A stretch of 64,000 bases of DNA from Alphaproteobacteria bacterium (GCA_965227515.1 CBDDFZ010000001.1:1184001-1248000); one strand, 5' to 3'. Positions 1-10,205 are shown, counted from the first letter of the stretch. Notes: generated by a model from the sequence alone, not told the origin. A program made the numbers and translations.

Positions 1-2
1 CC

Positions 3-2234
3 GTCGATGCGTTGACGGTCGACGGCCCGGCGCAGACGATCTGGCTGGCCGATGGCGTGCGCAACGACGACGGCGACATGATCGAGGAGATCCTGGAGCA
101 GGCGCAGCGCTGGGGCCGTGTCACCGTGGTGCGCGACGACCCGCGCGACAGTGCGCGCATGGTCGGCGAGGTGCGGCTGGACGGCGACAGCCTGATAGTG
201 CCGGTGCACCGCCTGCCGGACGCCGCCCCGGATGTGCTGACCGTCGTCGCCTATGCCAGCGACGGCCGGGTGCTGGCCCGCGTCGACACCACGTTCGGCG
301 AGGCCGAGGACACCGCCGAGGCCGTGCTGAGCCTGCCGAGCGAGGTGCGTAACGAGCTCGGCCGGGTCGATATCGAAGGCGAGGCCAGCGCCGGTGCGGT
401 CGCGCTGATCGACAGCCGCTGGCAGCGCCGCCCGGTCGGCCTGATCACCGATCAGGTTGACGACAGCGCGCAACCGCTGCTCGGCGAGCTCTATTATGTC
501 GAACGCGCGCTCGACCCCTTTGCCGAACTGGTGCGCGGCCCGCTGGACGAGATCGCGACCGACAGCGTCTCGGTGCTGGCGCTGACCGACAGCCGCGCGC
601 TGAGCGACGACGAGATCCAGGACCTGACGACCTGGATCAGCAATGGTGGCGTGCTGGTCCGCTTCGCCGGGCCGCGCCTGGCCGAGGAGGATGACGGGCT
701 GGTGCCGGTGCCGTTGCGCTTCGGCGACCGCCAGACCGGCGGCGCGATGTCCTGGAGCGAGCCGGTCAGCCTGGCGTCGTTCGATGACAACAGCCCGTTC
801 CGTGGCCTGGTGGTGCCGCCCGACGTGCTGATCGAGCGCCAGGTGCTGGCCCAGCCGACCGTTGACCTGGGCTCGCGCACATGGGCGCGGCTCGACGACG
901 GCACCCCGCTGGTCACCGCGCAGCAGATCGGCGACGGCTGGCTGGTGCTGTTCCACGTCACCGCCAACACCAACTGGTCGACCCTGCCGCTGTCCGGCCT
1001 GTTCGTGGACATGCTGCGCCGGCTGGTCGACATCAGCGCCGGTGTCATCGCCGGCGAGGGCGAGAGCGGCGGCCCGCTGCAACCGGTAGAGCTGCTGAAC
1101 GGCTTCGGCCAGCTGGTCGACTCCAGCCCGATCGCGGCGGCCATCGACCCCGCGACGTTCCAGGAGGTCGCCATCGGCCCGCGCAACCCGCCTGGCTTCT
1201 ATGGCCTGGACGCGGCGCGCACCGCGCTGAACATCGGCGAGCGTACGGCGTCGCTGGAGGCTTGGCCCGCGCTGCCGGCCGGCGTGGTGGAAATGGACTA
1301 CGCCACCGAGACCGAGATCGAGCTCGGCCACTGGCTACTCCTCGCCGCCTTCGTGCTGCTGCTGGTCGACATGCTGATCGGGCTCGCCCTGCGCGGCCTA
1401 CTGTCGCCGATGGCGCGCTCGCCGGCCGCGATCCTGATCATGGCCCTGGTGTGCGCCGCCGCGGCGCCGCCCAATGGCTATGCGCAGTCGGCTGGCGTGG
1501 CGGGCGACGATCTGGCGATCCTGGAGGCGGTCAGCTCGTTCCGCCTCGCCTATGTCGAGACCGGCATTCCCGAGATCGACGAGGTCAGCCGCGCCGGCTT
1601 GCAAGGGCTTTCCATCGTGCTGACCCAGCGCACCTCGGTGGAGCCGGGTGAGCCGGTGGGCGTCGACCCGAACACCGACGAGCTGGCCTTCTTCCCGCTG
1701 ATCTACTGGCCGGTGGTGCCGGAAGCCGCACCCCCGACGGCGGAGGGCACCCAGCGCCTGAACGACTATCTGCGCTTCGGCGGCGTGATCCTGTTCGACA
1801 CCCGCGACGCCGCCCCCGGGTCCGGCGGTGCGCTGGGCGGCGCCAGCGATGCCACCCTGGCGCTGCGCGGCATCGCCGAGGGGCTGGACATCCCGCCGCT
1901 GACCCCGACCCCGCCGAACCACGTGCTGGCGAAGGCGTTCTATCTGCTGGACGAGTTCCCCGGCCGCTTCGTCGGCGGCGATGTGTGGGTGGAGCAGGGC
2001 GAGGCACAGGTGAACGACGGCGTGTCGTCGGTGATCATCGGCGGCCACGACTGGGCCGGCGCCTGGGCGATCGATATGTATGGGCGCGGCGTGCTGCCGG
2101 TGCAGCCCGGCGGCGAGCGCCAGCGCGAGATGGCGTTCCGCTTCGGCGTCAATCTGGTGATGTACGCGCTGACCGGCAACTACAAGGCCGACCAGGTGCA
2201 CATTCCCGCCATTCTGGAACGGTTGGGGCAGTGA
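3..2234 (+). CDS. DUF4159 domain-containing membrane protein (BatA/DUF4159 type), 5'-partial
   Basis: Frame is open from the window edge. C-terminal 'DELAFFPLIYWP...YLRFGGVILFDTRD...HDWAGAWA...QREMAFRFGVNLVMYALTGNYKADQVH' is typical of DUF4159. Confidence 0.85.
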   Translation, partial: VDALTVDGPAQTIWLADGVRNDDGDMIEEILEQAQRWGRVTVVRDDPRDSARMVGEVRLDGDSLIVPVHRLPDAAPDVLTVVAYASDGRVLARVDTTFGEAEDTAEAVLSLPSEVRNELGRVDIEGEASAGAVALIDSRWQRRPVGLITDQVDDSAQPLLGELYYVERALDPFAELVRGPLDEIATDSVSVLALTDSRALSDDEIQDLTTWISNGGVLVRFAGPRLAEEDDGLVPVPLRFGDRQTGGAMSWSEPVSLASFDDNSPFRGLVVPPDVLIERQVLAQPTVDLGSRTWARLDDGTPLVTAQQIGDGWLVLFHVTANTNWSTLPLSGLFVDMLRRLVDISAGVIAGEGESGGPLQPVELLNGFGQLVDSSPIAAAIDPATFQEVAIGPRNPPGFYGLDAARTALNIGERTASLEAWPALPAGVVEMDYATETEIELGHWLLLAAFVLLLVDMLIGLALRGLLSPMARSPAAILIMALVCAAAAPPNGYAQSAGVAGDDLAILEAVSSFRLAYVETGIPEIDEVSRAGLQGLSIVLTQRTSVEPGEPVGVDPNTDELAFFPLIYWPVVPEAAPPTAEGTQRLNDYLRFGGVILFDTRDAAPGSGGALGGASDATLALRGIAEGLDIPPLTPTPPNHVLAKAFYLLDEFPGRFVGGDVWVEQGEAQVNDGVSSVIIGGHDWAGAWAIDMYGRGVLPVQPGGERQREMAFRFGVNLVMYALTGNYKADQVHIPAILERLGQ

Positions 2235-2252
2235 TGGCGCGCCTCCTTCAAA

Positions 2253-2395
2253 CACCATCGTCGCCCTCGCCCTTGTGGCGAGGGCCCATGGCTGTGCCAT
2301 GCGTGGTGACTGCCAGGCCAATCGGAGTTCGTCCGCGCGTTGTTTCGCGTATGGGACAGGAATGGGTCCTCGCCACAAGGGCGAGGACGACGGTG
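2253..2395. repeat. REPIN-like palindromic element, family A
   Basis: Arms CCATCGTCGCCCTCGCCCTTGTGGCGAGGGCCCAT and ATGGGTCCTCGCCACAAGGGCGAGGACGACGG are near-perfect inverted repeats. Related copies at 23325 and 50151. Confidence 0.85.
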
Positions 2396-2410
2396 AATGG
2401 TGGTAGGCAA

Positions 2411-2444
2411 GACGTGGATGCCCGCAACAAGTGCGGGCATGACG
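2411..2444. repeat. REP-like palindrome (GTGGATGCCCGCAACAAGTGCGGGCATGAC)
   Basis: Self-complementary ATGCCCGCA/TGCGGGCAT; resembles common alphaproteobacterial GTCATG-type repeats. Confidence 0.65.
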
Positions 2445-2466
2445 GCGAGGAAATTGGACCGGCCGC

Positions 2467-4614
2467 ATGACCGAAGCGATTTCCATCCACTTCGCCCCGG
2501 CGTTCGACTGGCCGTTCCTGATGGTGATGGCGGTCGGCATCGTGCTGGTGTCGGCCATCGGCATCTGGCGCGCTGCGCGCGGCGTGTGGTGGCGCCTGCT
2601 GGTCGGCCTGCTGGTGATCCTGGCGCTGGCCAACCCCTCGCTGATCGAGGAGCAGCGCGCGCCGCTGGACGACATCGCCATCGTGGTGGTGGACGAGAGC
2701 GCCAGCCAGCGCATCGGCGATCGCGAGGCGCAGACCGACGCGGCGCTGGCCGAGGTGATGGCGCAACTGGAGCAATTCGAGACCCTGAACGTGCGAGTCG
2801 TCAACGTGGAGGGCGGGGCCGCCGGCGCCGCCGACCAGGGCACGCTGATGTTCGAGGCGCTGGAGCGCGCGCTGACCGATGTGCCGCGCGACCGGCTGGC
2901 CGGCATCATCGCGCTGAGCGACGGCCAGATCCACGACGCCCCCGCCGCCGAGGGCCTGGCGCCGCAATCCGACGCCGCCGACGAGGACCCCGAGGCGGGC
3001 GACAACCCCCTTGTCGGCACCGGTGGGCTGCCGTTCGCCGCTCCCTTCCACACGCTCCTGACCGGCTCGCCGGACGACCGCGACCGCCGCCTGCAGATCG
3101 TGGAGGCGCCCTCGTTCGGGCTGGTCGGCCGCGACCAGATCGCCACCATCGTGGTCGAGGACACCGCCGGCAACGGGTCCATCGCCGACGTCACCGTGCG
3201 CCAGAACGGCGAGGTGACCGCGACCCTGCCCGTCATCATCGGCGAGGAGACCGAGATCACGCTCCCCATCGAGCATGCCGGCTCCAACGTGTTCGAGTTC
3301 GAGGTGGCGCCCGGCGAGGACGAGCTGACCATCGTCAACAACCGCGCCGTCGTCGACGTGAACGGCGTGCGCGACCGGCTGCGCGTGCTGCTGGTCTCCG
3401 GCGAGCCGCACGCGGGCGAGCGCTCGTGGCGCGACCTCCTCAAGTCCGACCCGTCGGTCGACCTGATCCACTTCACCATTCTCCGCCCGCCGGAGAAGAA
3501 CGACAACACGCCGGTGACCGAGCTGTCGCTGATCAGCTTCCCGGTGCGCGAGCTGTTCGAGATCCAGATCGACGAGTTCGACCTGATCATCTTCGACCGC
3601 TATCGCCGCCGTGGCGTGCTGCCGCCGGTCTACCTCGACAACATCGCACGCTACGTCGAGAACGGCGGCGCGTTCCTGGAGGCGGTCGGCCCCACGTTCG
3701 CCACGCCTCTGAGCCTGTTCTACACCCCGCTGGGCGACGTGCTGCCCGGCACGCCGAACGGCGAGGTCTATGAGGAAGGCTTCCTGCCCGAGATCACCGA
3801 GATCGGGCTGAGGCACCCGGTGACCGACCCGCTGACCAGCTTCATCGGCGAGGACGGGTTGCCGACCTGGGGCCGCTGGTTCCGCCAGATCGGCAACCGG
3901 CCGACCAGCGGGGCGACGGTGATGACCGGCGTTGCCGGCGAGCCGCTGCTGATCCTGGACCGGGTCGGCGAGGGGCGGGTCGCCCAGCTGATGAGCGACC
4001 AGATCTGGCTGTGGGCGCGCGGGTTCGAGGGCGGCGGGCCGCAGCAGGAGTTGCTGCGCCGCGTCGCCCACTGGCTGATGCGCGAGCCGGCGCTGGAAGA
4101 GGACGTGCTGCGCGCCGACGTGGAGGGCGACCAGATCGTCGTCGAGCGGCGCACGCTGGAGGATACCGACGCGCCGGTCGAGGTGACGTTCCCCGATGGC
4201 GAGACCGTGACCATCGAGCTTGGCCCGGCCGACGAGCATGGCGTGGCGCGCGGCGCGCTGGCGGTGGGCGACGCGGGCTTATACCGGCTGGACGACGGCA
4301 CCCGGGTGGCGCTGGCCGCGGTCGGCGGCCTCAACCCGGTCGAGTATGCCGACGTGCGCGCGACCCCGGCGCTCTTGTCCCCGGTCGCAGCGGCCACCGG
4401 CGGCGGCATCTCATGGCTCAGCGAGGACGGGGTGCCCGACATCCGCATGGTCCGCCCCGACCGCCCGGCCTCCGGCACCGACTGGATCGGGCTCCGCGCA
4501 AACGGCGACTACGTCGTCACCGGCGTCCGCGACATCCCCCTGCTGCCCCCGCTCGCCGTGCTGATCCTGGTGCTGGGCGCACTTTTGGTTGCGTGGCGGC
4601 GAGAGGGTCGATAG
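2467..4614 (+). CDS. Membrane protein with GATase1-like domain (partner of DUF4159 in MoxR/DUF58/BatA operons)
   Basis: N- and C-terminal TM helices; 'RLRVLLVSGEPHAGERSWRDLLKSDPSVDLIHFTILRPPEK' conserved motif. Confidence 0.8.
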   Translation: MTEAISIHFAPAFDWPFLMVMAVGIVLVSAIGIWRAARGVWWRLLVGLLVILALANPSLIEEQRAPLDDIAIVVVDESASQRIGDREAQTDAALAEVMAQLEQFETLNVRVVNVEGGAAGAADQGTLMFEALERALTDVPRDRLAGIIALSDGQIHDAPAAEGLAPQSDAADEDPEAGDNPLVGTGGLPFAAPFHTLLTGSPDDRDRRLQIVEAPSFGLVGRDQIATIVVEDTAGNGSIADVTVRQNGEVTATLPVIIGEETEITLPIEHAGSNVFEFEVAPGEDELTIVNNRAVVDVNGVRDRLRVLLVSGEPHAGERSWRDLLKSDPSVDLIHFTILRPPEKNDNTPVTELSLISFPVRELFEIQIDEFDLIIFDRYRRRGVLPPVYLDNIARYVENGGAFLEAVGPTFATPLSLFYTPLGDVLPGTPNGEVYEEGFLPEITEIGLRHPVTDPLTSFIGEDGLPTWGRWFRQIGNRPTSGATVMTGVAGEPLLILDRVGEGRVAQLMSDQIWLWARGFEGGGPQQELLRRVAHWLMREPALEEDVLRADVEGDQIVVERRTLEDTDAPVEVTFPDGETVTIELGPADEHGVARGALAVGDAGLYRLDDGTRVALAAVGGLNPVEYADVRATPALLSPVAAATGGGISWLSEDGVPDIRMVRPDRPASGTDWIGLRANGDYVVTGVRDIPLLPPLAVLILVLGALLVAWRREGR

Positions 4615-4688
4615 ACTTACCCGTTATCAGTAGATAGGTTTTTGAGGACGGCAATAGGTACAAGTCTAAAATTCCAGGGGACCATTAG

Positions 4689-5636
4689 ATGAGATGGCTT
4701 GCATATTCCTTGGCAATTCAAATTGTGATTCTGGCGATAATTGTGGCGTGCCAAGTCTTAGAAGTCTATAATTTGGATAAGGAGCCATTGTTTCTTCTGC
4801 TTATATCTGTATCTTTAGCATTACTCGTTGTCACGCTTACGGGCGCGTTGAGCGATAAGTCTAAAGGCGCCTCGCCGATTGACACAGAGCCAGCTGTCAA
4901 TTCGACTAACACGAACAACGAAACAATGGAGGACGCGCAATCTTCAAAGAGAGATAATCTGACGCGACCACGGGCGACCGCTGTATTATCCGAAATCCAG
5001 ATAGGTTTTCTTAAGATTCGGGAAATTGTCTTATCCAGTGCCATTGTCGAGGTAATTGCTTTTGCAATTTTCACTTGGGGAATTTTGTACTTCACTTCCG
5101 ATCATGTGCAGCAGATTCAAGAAAGAAATGAGAACGAGATTGCGCGCCTGGAGGGTTTGTATCATCAACTTGCAATGGGTACAAATGACTATCCCATAGA
5201 GTTTCGACTCTCTGTAGATTGTGGACAAAATATCAAGCCTTACTATGCTTACATCCCACAGAATTGGCTGAACTCACCTGAGGCGATCAATACAAAAGAC
5301 TTCAACCCTGACTATGGAATTCTTCTCTCAGAAGATGATTCGGACCGCTTTGTTCTTGTCTCTCAGCGCCTGGTTGACCGGGACTTCCTGAGCCAAATGG
5401 ATAGGTTCTTCGTGAATTCGAGGATGGAAACGCATGAGTTGCAGCCTGTGCCACTGCAAGATGTGTTCGCAGAACGAAAGGGCGGATTGGAGTTTGAGAT
5501 CAATGTTGAGACCTACAGAAATGATTCAAGTACCAACGAATCGTTGGAGTTCCGGAAGCGCATTGTCCTAGCGCTTAGTATGAACAGCGAACTTTCCACG
5601 GACACCATTCAAATTTGTGGAGAGGAGGGCGGTTAA
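4689..5636 (+). CDS. Hypothetical membrane protein, AT-rich
   Basis: 315-aa ORF with about 3 hydrophobic segments. GGGGA RBS. Codon usage is unlike the flanking genes. Confidence 0.7.
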   Translation: MRWLAYSLAIQIVILAIIVACQVLEVYNLDKEPLFLLLISVSLALLVVTLTGALSDKSKGASPIDTEPAVNSTNTNNETMEDAQSSKRDNLTRPRATAVLSEIQIGFLKIREIVLSSAIVEVIAFAIFTWGILYFTSDHVQQIQERNENEIARLEGLYHQLAMGTNDYPIEFRLSVDCGQNIKPYYAYIPQNWLNSPEAINTKDFNPDYGILLSEDDSDRFVLVSQRLVDRDFLSQMDRFFVNSRMETHELQPVPLQDVFAERKGGLEFEINVETYRNDSSTNESLEFRKRIVLALSMNSELSTDTIQICGEEGG

Positions 5637-7111
5637 TGTGCTTAGATTTGACAATATTGTGCTTTAAAAAATTTGTTCAAATACAAATAGGCCAATTTAT
5701 TCTATTTTCAGTACTGATAGCCATGTCTAATCAACAATCTTTTGGGCAGGGTGTTGTTGAGATACCAGCGGCTGACTTATATTTGCGACTGGCCGAGGAA
5801 TATCACGCAGACGGCCCAACATTTTTGGGTAAATTTGACGCGTTATTTCAGACAGAGACAGAGGATCACGCCAAAAGGTTTACAGAATTTGTTCTTAGTC
5901 GATTAATAGATGACAGTTCAGGATCTGAAAATATTGGATATAGGCAAGCAGATTTTCTCATATCTGCATTGTCAGAGGAATACTGGAGTGGAATTTGGAA
6001 TATACACGCAAGTCAGGAGGAGTTCTTCATTGATAAAATTTATGAACTGTACTTAAGTGAATCAAATCAACGCGATCGCGCAGCGCTAGATAATATACTT
6101 GCTCGTTCGCCAGGACTTTTCTTCTCGGCTCAGGCGATTAAACTGAGCCCGGGTGACTTAGATTCTTATGAATTGAAGCTATTGTTGCTCATCGAGATGG
6201 CAAAGTTTACAGACAGTCGATTTGCACTGGCGGCTGCAATTGAATACTCGGATGTGCTAGTAGAGAGATGGGTAAATGAAAATGAAGGTGTGGAGTCACT
6301 GTTCGAGTCTGAGGCAATTCTCTGTTCAATAATGGCGGATAGAAGCTGCTTCTGCGAGAACGGCGATGTCGAGAATTGCCCCGCTCCACAGCCGGGTTGG
6401 CTGGCACCGACTCGATACTTCATTTCCTCGCAGAACTTGGAGACATTTAACTCAGACTTGCGAAGGCGCGCAAGGGAAGGGTGGCGACTGGCAAATGACA
6501 TTGTTTTCCGACTTTATTTGCTCCGAACCATGCAAAATCAGTTTGTTAGGAATGTCTATCCGGAAGCGGCGGTAATCTATCTGGAGAGTTGGGACCCTGT
6601 AGAAGAAAATGGACAGCTTCAAGGCTTCGAGTCGGCGCCGACCGATGGAAATTTCATAGATGGTGTGTTTATGGGAAACATGTGGGATGGATTTGTATAT
6701 GAAGGTCTTTCGGAGTACGTAAATACTACATCGTTGGGGGATCAGCTCAGGGAATTGGGTGAGCCAGAGATCGAAGCCGCAAGCAATGGAGAGATGGTGG
6801 CTGAGTTGGGGCGAATAATTAGTGCTTTTGATTTCTTGAGTTGGACGGTTTTTGCACAGTCTTTTTTGCGAGAGGATGAGGCGCAGGCGGCTTTATCTGC
6901 AATATACTCTTGTTTTTTGGAGGAAATTGGAGGTTCGGATGACCAGTGGAGTTCCTTTGATCCGAGAGTAACAACACCGAATTCAAGTGGGTATATTGGT
7001 GTAGCATTTGGGCAATTTGATCTGACAGATTCAGAACGAGAGTTAATTGAGTCGTTTTTACTGACGTGTGGATATGATTCGTTTTGGTCGACTCGTGGCG
7101 TAATTCATTAG
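5636..7111 (+). CDS. Hypothetical exported acidic protein, AT-rich
   Basis: TAATG overlap with the upstream stop, GGAGGG RBS, signal-peptide-like N-terminus, Cys cluster 'CSIMADRSCFCENGDVENC'. Confidence 0.7.
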   Translation: MCLDLTILCFKKFVQIQIGQFILFSVLIAMSNQQSFGQGVVEIPAADLYLRLAEEYHADGPTFLGKFDALFQTETEDHAKRFTEFVLSRLIDDSSGSENIGYRQADFLISALSEEYWSGIWNIHASQEEFFIDKIYELYLSESNQRDRAALDNILARSPGLFFSAQAIKLSPGDLDSYELKLLLLIEMAKFTDSRFALAAAIEYSDVLVERWVNENEGVESLFESEAILCSIMADRSCFCENGDVENCPAPQPGWLAPTRYFISSQNLETFNSDLRRRAREGWRLANDIVFRLYLLRTMQNQFVRNVYPEAAVIYLESWDPVEENGQLQGFESAPTDGNFIDGVFMGNMWDGFVYEGLSEYVNTTSLGDQLRELGEPEIEAASNGEMVAELGRIISAFDFLSWTVFAQSFLREDEAQAALSAIYSCFLEEIGGSDDQWSSFDPRVTTPNSSGYIGVAFGQFDLTDSERELIESFLLTCGYDSFWSTRGVIH

Positions 7112-7134
7112 CACAGGCAGCTAATGGCTCACTT

Positions 7135-7300
7135 CGCGCTGTCGATTTCAGCCGGTCGGGCGCGCGGTCGTAGCCATAGGCATAGACCGTCTCCTCGCCC
7201 TCGCCGATTTCCCGCGCGCCATTGACCGCCACTGCGGACTGTTGGGCGGAGGCCAGTGCGTTGTCGTCCTCTTGCTCAAGCTCCTGCGTTGCCCTGCCCG
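7135..7300 (-). pseudogene. Remnant resembling a T5orf172/GIY-YIG-family protein
   Basis: 'REIGEGEETVYAYGYDRAPDRLK' resembles the start of a T5orf172-type domain. The similarity stops where the AT-rich island begins. Confidence 0.4.
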
Positions 7301-7550
7301 TGCAATAGGTGACGTGCGTGTTGCTTACCTCGGGCCGAACTTGGCGCGCTGCCCTGCGAGCTTGTTGGCCATGGCGTTGTCCTCCGTGCGGGCAGGCTAC
7401 GTGTTGCCCCAACTGCTTGTCACGATTGGCCGACAGTCCGAGGGTCAGTATCGGTCGTGGCGCGAGCGGTGGAATTCATCACCGGCGCTCGGCCGGGCTT
7501 TCTTTGTCGGCACTTGATCCAGGATGACGGCGATCGTGCCACCCCTCCAT

Positions 7551-8093
7551 TCAAAACAGATACCCCAGCATGTCGATGGGGCCTGCGGGCCAGGCGGCGG
7601 CGCCGACCGGCTTGACCTGGAAGACACCGCCCAGGTCCTCGTGTTTCAGGCCGACGCTGCGGCCCTGGTGCAGCGCCAGCCACGTCGTATCGGCCTCGGC
7701 CAGGGTGCGATAGCCGTTGCTGAGATAGAGCGACGGGTCGTCGGCCATCAGGATGAGGAAGTCGACACCACCTGAGCCGCTGACATGGCCCTCCAGCGCA
7801 CCCAGCATCCCCGAGCCGAGGCCGCGCCTGCGCCGGTCCGGATGCACGCAAAGGTCGATGACGCCGGCCACCTTCAGGATGGTGCCGCCGACGTTGATGT
7901 TGCGCACGTCGAGGCCCGCTTGGCCGACAATGGCACCACCGTCCCGCGCGATCACCCGCATGTGCGGCAGCTGCTTGAAATAGCTGCGGCCCTGGAACGC
8001 GCCGTCGAAGCAGAGGTCGAGCAGGCCAGCCAGCGCGGCATGGGTCTCCGCGTCGATCCGGTGCTCGTTCATGACATTGAGGTCGATGCCCAT
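7551..8093 (-). CDS. GNAT family N-acetyltransferase
   Basis: 'LCVHPDRRRRGLGS' acetyl-CoA motif A; GGAGG RBS. Confidence 0.85.
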   Translation of the reverse strand: MGIDLNVMNEHRIDAETHAALAGLLDLCFDGAFQGRSYFKQLPHMRVIARDGGAIVGQAGLDVRNINVGGTILKVAGVIDLCVHPDRRRRGLGSGMLGALEGHVSGSGGVDFLILMADDPSLYLSNGYRTLAEADTTWLALHQGRSVGLKHEDLGGVFQVKPVGAAAWPAGPIDMLGYLF

Positions 8094-8189
8094 GGCGGGG
8101 CCTCCATGGCGGGGGTGAGCCGCGGGGCGAACGGCAATGATGGGGACCGGTCATCCGCGAAGCCGTTCCGTACGTATCATGAGTTGTTA

Positions 8190-8290
8190 TCAGCTTACGC
8201 TGAAGTCTGCGCCAGCCCTCTCCCCCACCCGACCACCCACGAGAGTATCCTGTGATGGGTGGCCGGGTGGGGGAGAGGGCCGGTGCAGAC
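8190..8290 (+). repeat. ~100 bp hairpin element, family B
   Basis: TCAGCTTACGCTGA, then arms GTCTGCGCCAGCCCTCTCCCCCACCCG / CGGGTGGGGGAGAGGGCCGGTGCAGAC, with loop ACGAGAGTAT. Confidence 0.9.
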
Positions 8291-8310
8291 GTGAACGATG
8301 TTGGAGCTTC

Positions 8311-8802
8311 ATGACCGATACCGCCCACCCCGGACTGCGCCGCGACCTGATCGGGCTCGCCGCCTGGGTCGTGCTGTGCCTGGCGGTCTCGGCGGTCGGC
8401 GGGCTGATCACCGCCGGCAGCGTGGAGAGCTGGTACCCGACGCTGGAGAAACCCTCGTTCAACCCGCCGAGCTGGGTGTTCGCGCCGGTCTGGACCGTGC
8501 TCTACGTCGCCATGGGCGTGGCCGCGTGGCGGGTGTGGCGCCGGCGCCATGCCGGGTCTGCCAGGGCGTTGGTGGTCTTCGGCGTGCAACTGGCGTTGAA
8601 TCTGTTGTGGTCGGCGCTGTTCTTCGGCCTGCAAAACCCCGGCCTGGCGCTGATCGAGATCGTGGTGCTGCTGATCGCCATGGTCGTCTGCGGGCTGATG
8701 TTCTGGCGCATCGACCGCTGGGCCGGCCTGCTGTTCGTGCCCTATGCCGGCTGGGTGGCGTTCGCCACGGTCCTCAACGCCGCGATCTGGTCGCTCAACT
8801 GA
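8311..8802 (+). CDS. tspO: TspO/MBR family tryptophan-rich sensory protein
   Basis: 'WYPTLEKPSFNPPSWVFAPVWTVLY...QLALNLLWSALFFG...PYAGWVAFATVLN'. Confidence 0.92.
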   Translation: MTDTAHPGLRRDLIGLAAWVVLCLAVSAVGGLITAGSVESWYPTLEKPSFNPPSWVFAPVWTVLYVAMGVAAWRVWRRRHAGSARALVVFGVQLALNLLWSALFFGLQNPGLALIEIVVLLIAMVVCGLMFWRIDRWAGLLFVPYAGWVAFATVLNAAIWSLN

Positions 8803-8864
8803 GCACATCCGCGTAAGCTTGCCCCGACACAGGATCACGCATCCGTCGCGGGGAACATCGGGTC

Positions 8865-10205
8865 ATGTCGCAGGAAGAACAGCGCCTCGTCCGCTCGGCA
8901 CGTGCGCGGCTGTCGTTCCGCGACGAGGAGGTGGCGGCCCAGCGCGCCGCGTTCAGGGCGCGGGCCTTCGCGCTGATCGGCGTTGCCGCCCTCATCACCA
9001 TGCTGACGCCGTGGCCCGGCCCGGTGTTCTATTGGGGCCTGCTGGTCCTGTTCTTCGTCATCGGCTATCTCGGCTATCTGGTGTCGAAGTCGCCATGGGG
9101 CCGCCCGGCCCATCACTACGCGGTGGTGTTCGTCGACTTCGCGCTGCTCGCGTTCACGCTCACCTTCCCCAACCCGCTGGCGCCGTTCGACCTGCCGCCG
9201 CAGGCCTCGCTCCGCTTCGGCAACTTCATCTATTTCTTCTTCCTGCTGGCGAGCCTGGCCTACGTCTACCGCCCGCGCCTGGTGCTGTGGGGCGGGTTCA
9301 GCGGCGCGGTGTGCTGGACCGTGGCCGTCACCTGGCTGGCGACCCTGCCCGACACCGTGTTGGACGCGCCGGGCGACAACGTCGCCGAGGTTTTCCTGCG
9401 CCTGATGGCCGACCCGTACTTCGTCTACATCAACGTGCGGGTGCAGGAAGTCGGCGTGCTGATGCTGACGGCGGCGCTGTTGGCGTTGGCGGTGAAGCGG
9501 ATGCGGCTGATCGCGATCCGCAAGGTGGAAGCGGCCGAGCAGCGCGCCAACCTCGCCCGCTACTTCCCGTCCCAGACCGCCGATCTTCTGGCCGACAAGG
9601 AGAACCCGTTCACCACCCCGCGCGAGCAACAGGCGGCGGTGCTGTTCGCCGATGTGGTCGGCTTCACGACGTGGTCGGAGACGCAGCCGCCGGCCCGCAC
9701 CATCGCCTATCTGCGCGAGATGCACGGCCTGCTGGCCGAGACCATCTTCCAGCGGCACGGCACGCTGGACAAGTTCATCGGCGACGGGCTGATGGCGACC
9801 TTCGGCACGCCGGCACCGGGCGAGCGCGACGCCACCAACGCGCTGCATGCGGCCCTGGACATGGCCGACCGGTTCGAGGCGTGGCGCGCCACCCTGTCCG
9901 AGGCCGACGGCGGTGGGCTCAGCCTCGCCATCGGCGTGCAATTCGGCCCCGTGGTGGTGGGCGATGTCGGCGCGGAAAGCCGGCTCGAATTCGCCACCCT
10001 GGGCGACGTGGTCAACGTGGCAAGCCGGCTGGAGGCGGCGACCCGGCAGCACGGTTGCCGCGTGCTGGTCGGCCGGGCGCTTGTCGAACGCGTGCGCCGC
10101 GAGGCACCCGACGATGCGGAGGTGCTGCTCGGCCGGTTGGAGGAGATCGGCGACATCGCGATCCGGGGCCGCGCCGCGCCGGAGTTCGTCTACGCGCTGC
10201 GCTGA
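8865..10205 (+). CDS. Membrane-bound class III adenylate/guanylate cyclase
   Basis: TM N-terminus; 'VLFADVVGFT', 'DKFIGDGLMATFG', 'LGDVVNVASRLE'. Confidence 0.92.
   Translation: MSQEEQRLVRSARARLSFRDEEVAAQRAAFRARAFALIGVAALITMLTPWPGPVFYWGLLVLFFVIGYLGYLVSKSPWGRPAHHYAVVFVDFALLAFTLTFPNPLAPFDLPPQASLRFGNFIYFFFLLASLAYVYRPRLVLWGGFSGAVCWTVAVTWLATLPDTVLDAPGDNVAEVFLRLMADPYFVYINVRVQEVGVLMLTAALLALAVKRMRLIAIRKVEAAEQRANLARYFPSQTADLLADKENPFTTPREQQAAVLFADVVGFTTWSETQPPARTIAYLREMHGLLAETIFQRHGTLDKFIGDGLMATFGTPAPGERDATNALHAALDMADRFEAWRATLSEADGGGLSLAIGVQFGPVVVGDVGAESRLEFATLGDVVNVASRLEAATRQHGCRVLVGRALVERVRREAPDDAEVLLGRLEEIGDIAIRGRAAPEFVYALR

Noticed and set aside
1398-4239. Long antisense ORFs (730 and 663 aa), and similar ones opposite acs, kefB-like, CLC and fadL
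   Set aside because: Shadow frames expected from high GC3 codon bias opposite well-supported genes; no recognisable motifs.
7325-7373. 15-codon ORF MANKLAGQRAKFGPR after GGAGG on the - strand
   Set aside because: Lies in a degraded region next to a pseudogene fragment; more likely debris than a peptide gene.
4560-7520. att-site duplication bounding the AT-rich islet
   Set aside because: No convincing direct repeat found by eye and no integrase present.
8137-8310. N-terminal extensions containing 'SAPALSPTRPP' on TspO, and the similar 'ARSPTQPP' extension on the SDR
   Set aside because: These are translations of the family B repeat; better starts lie downstream.
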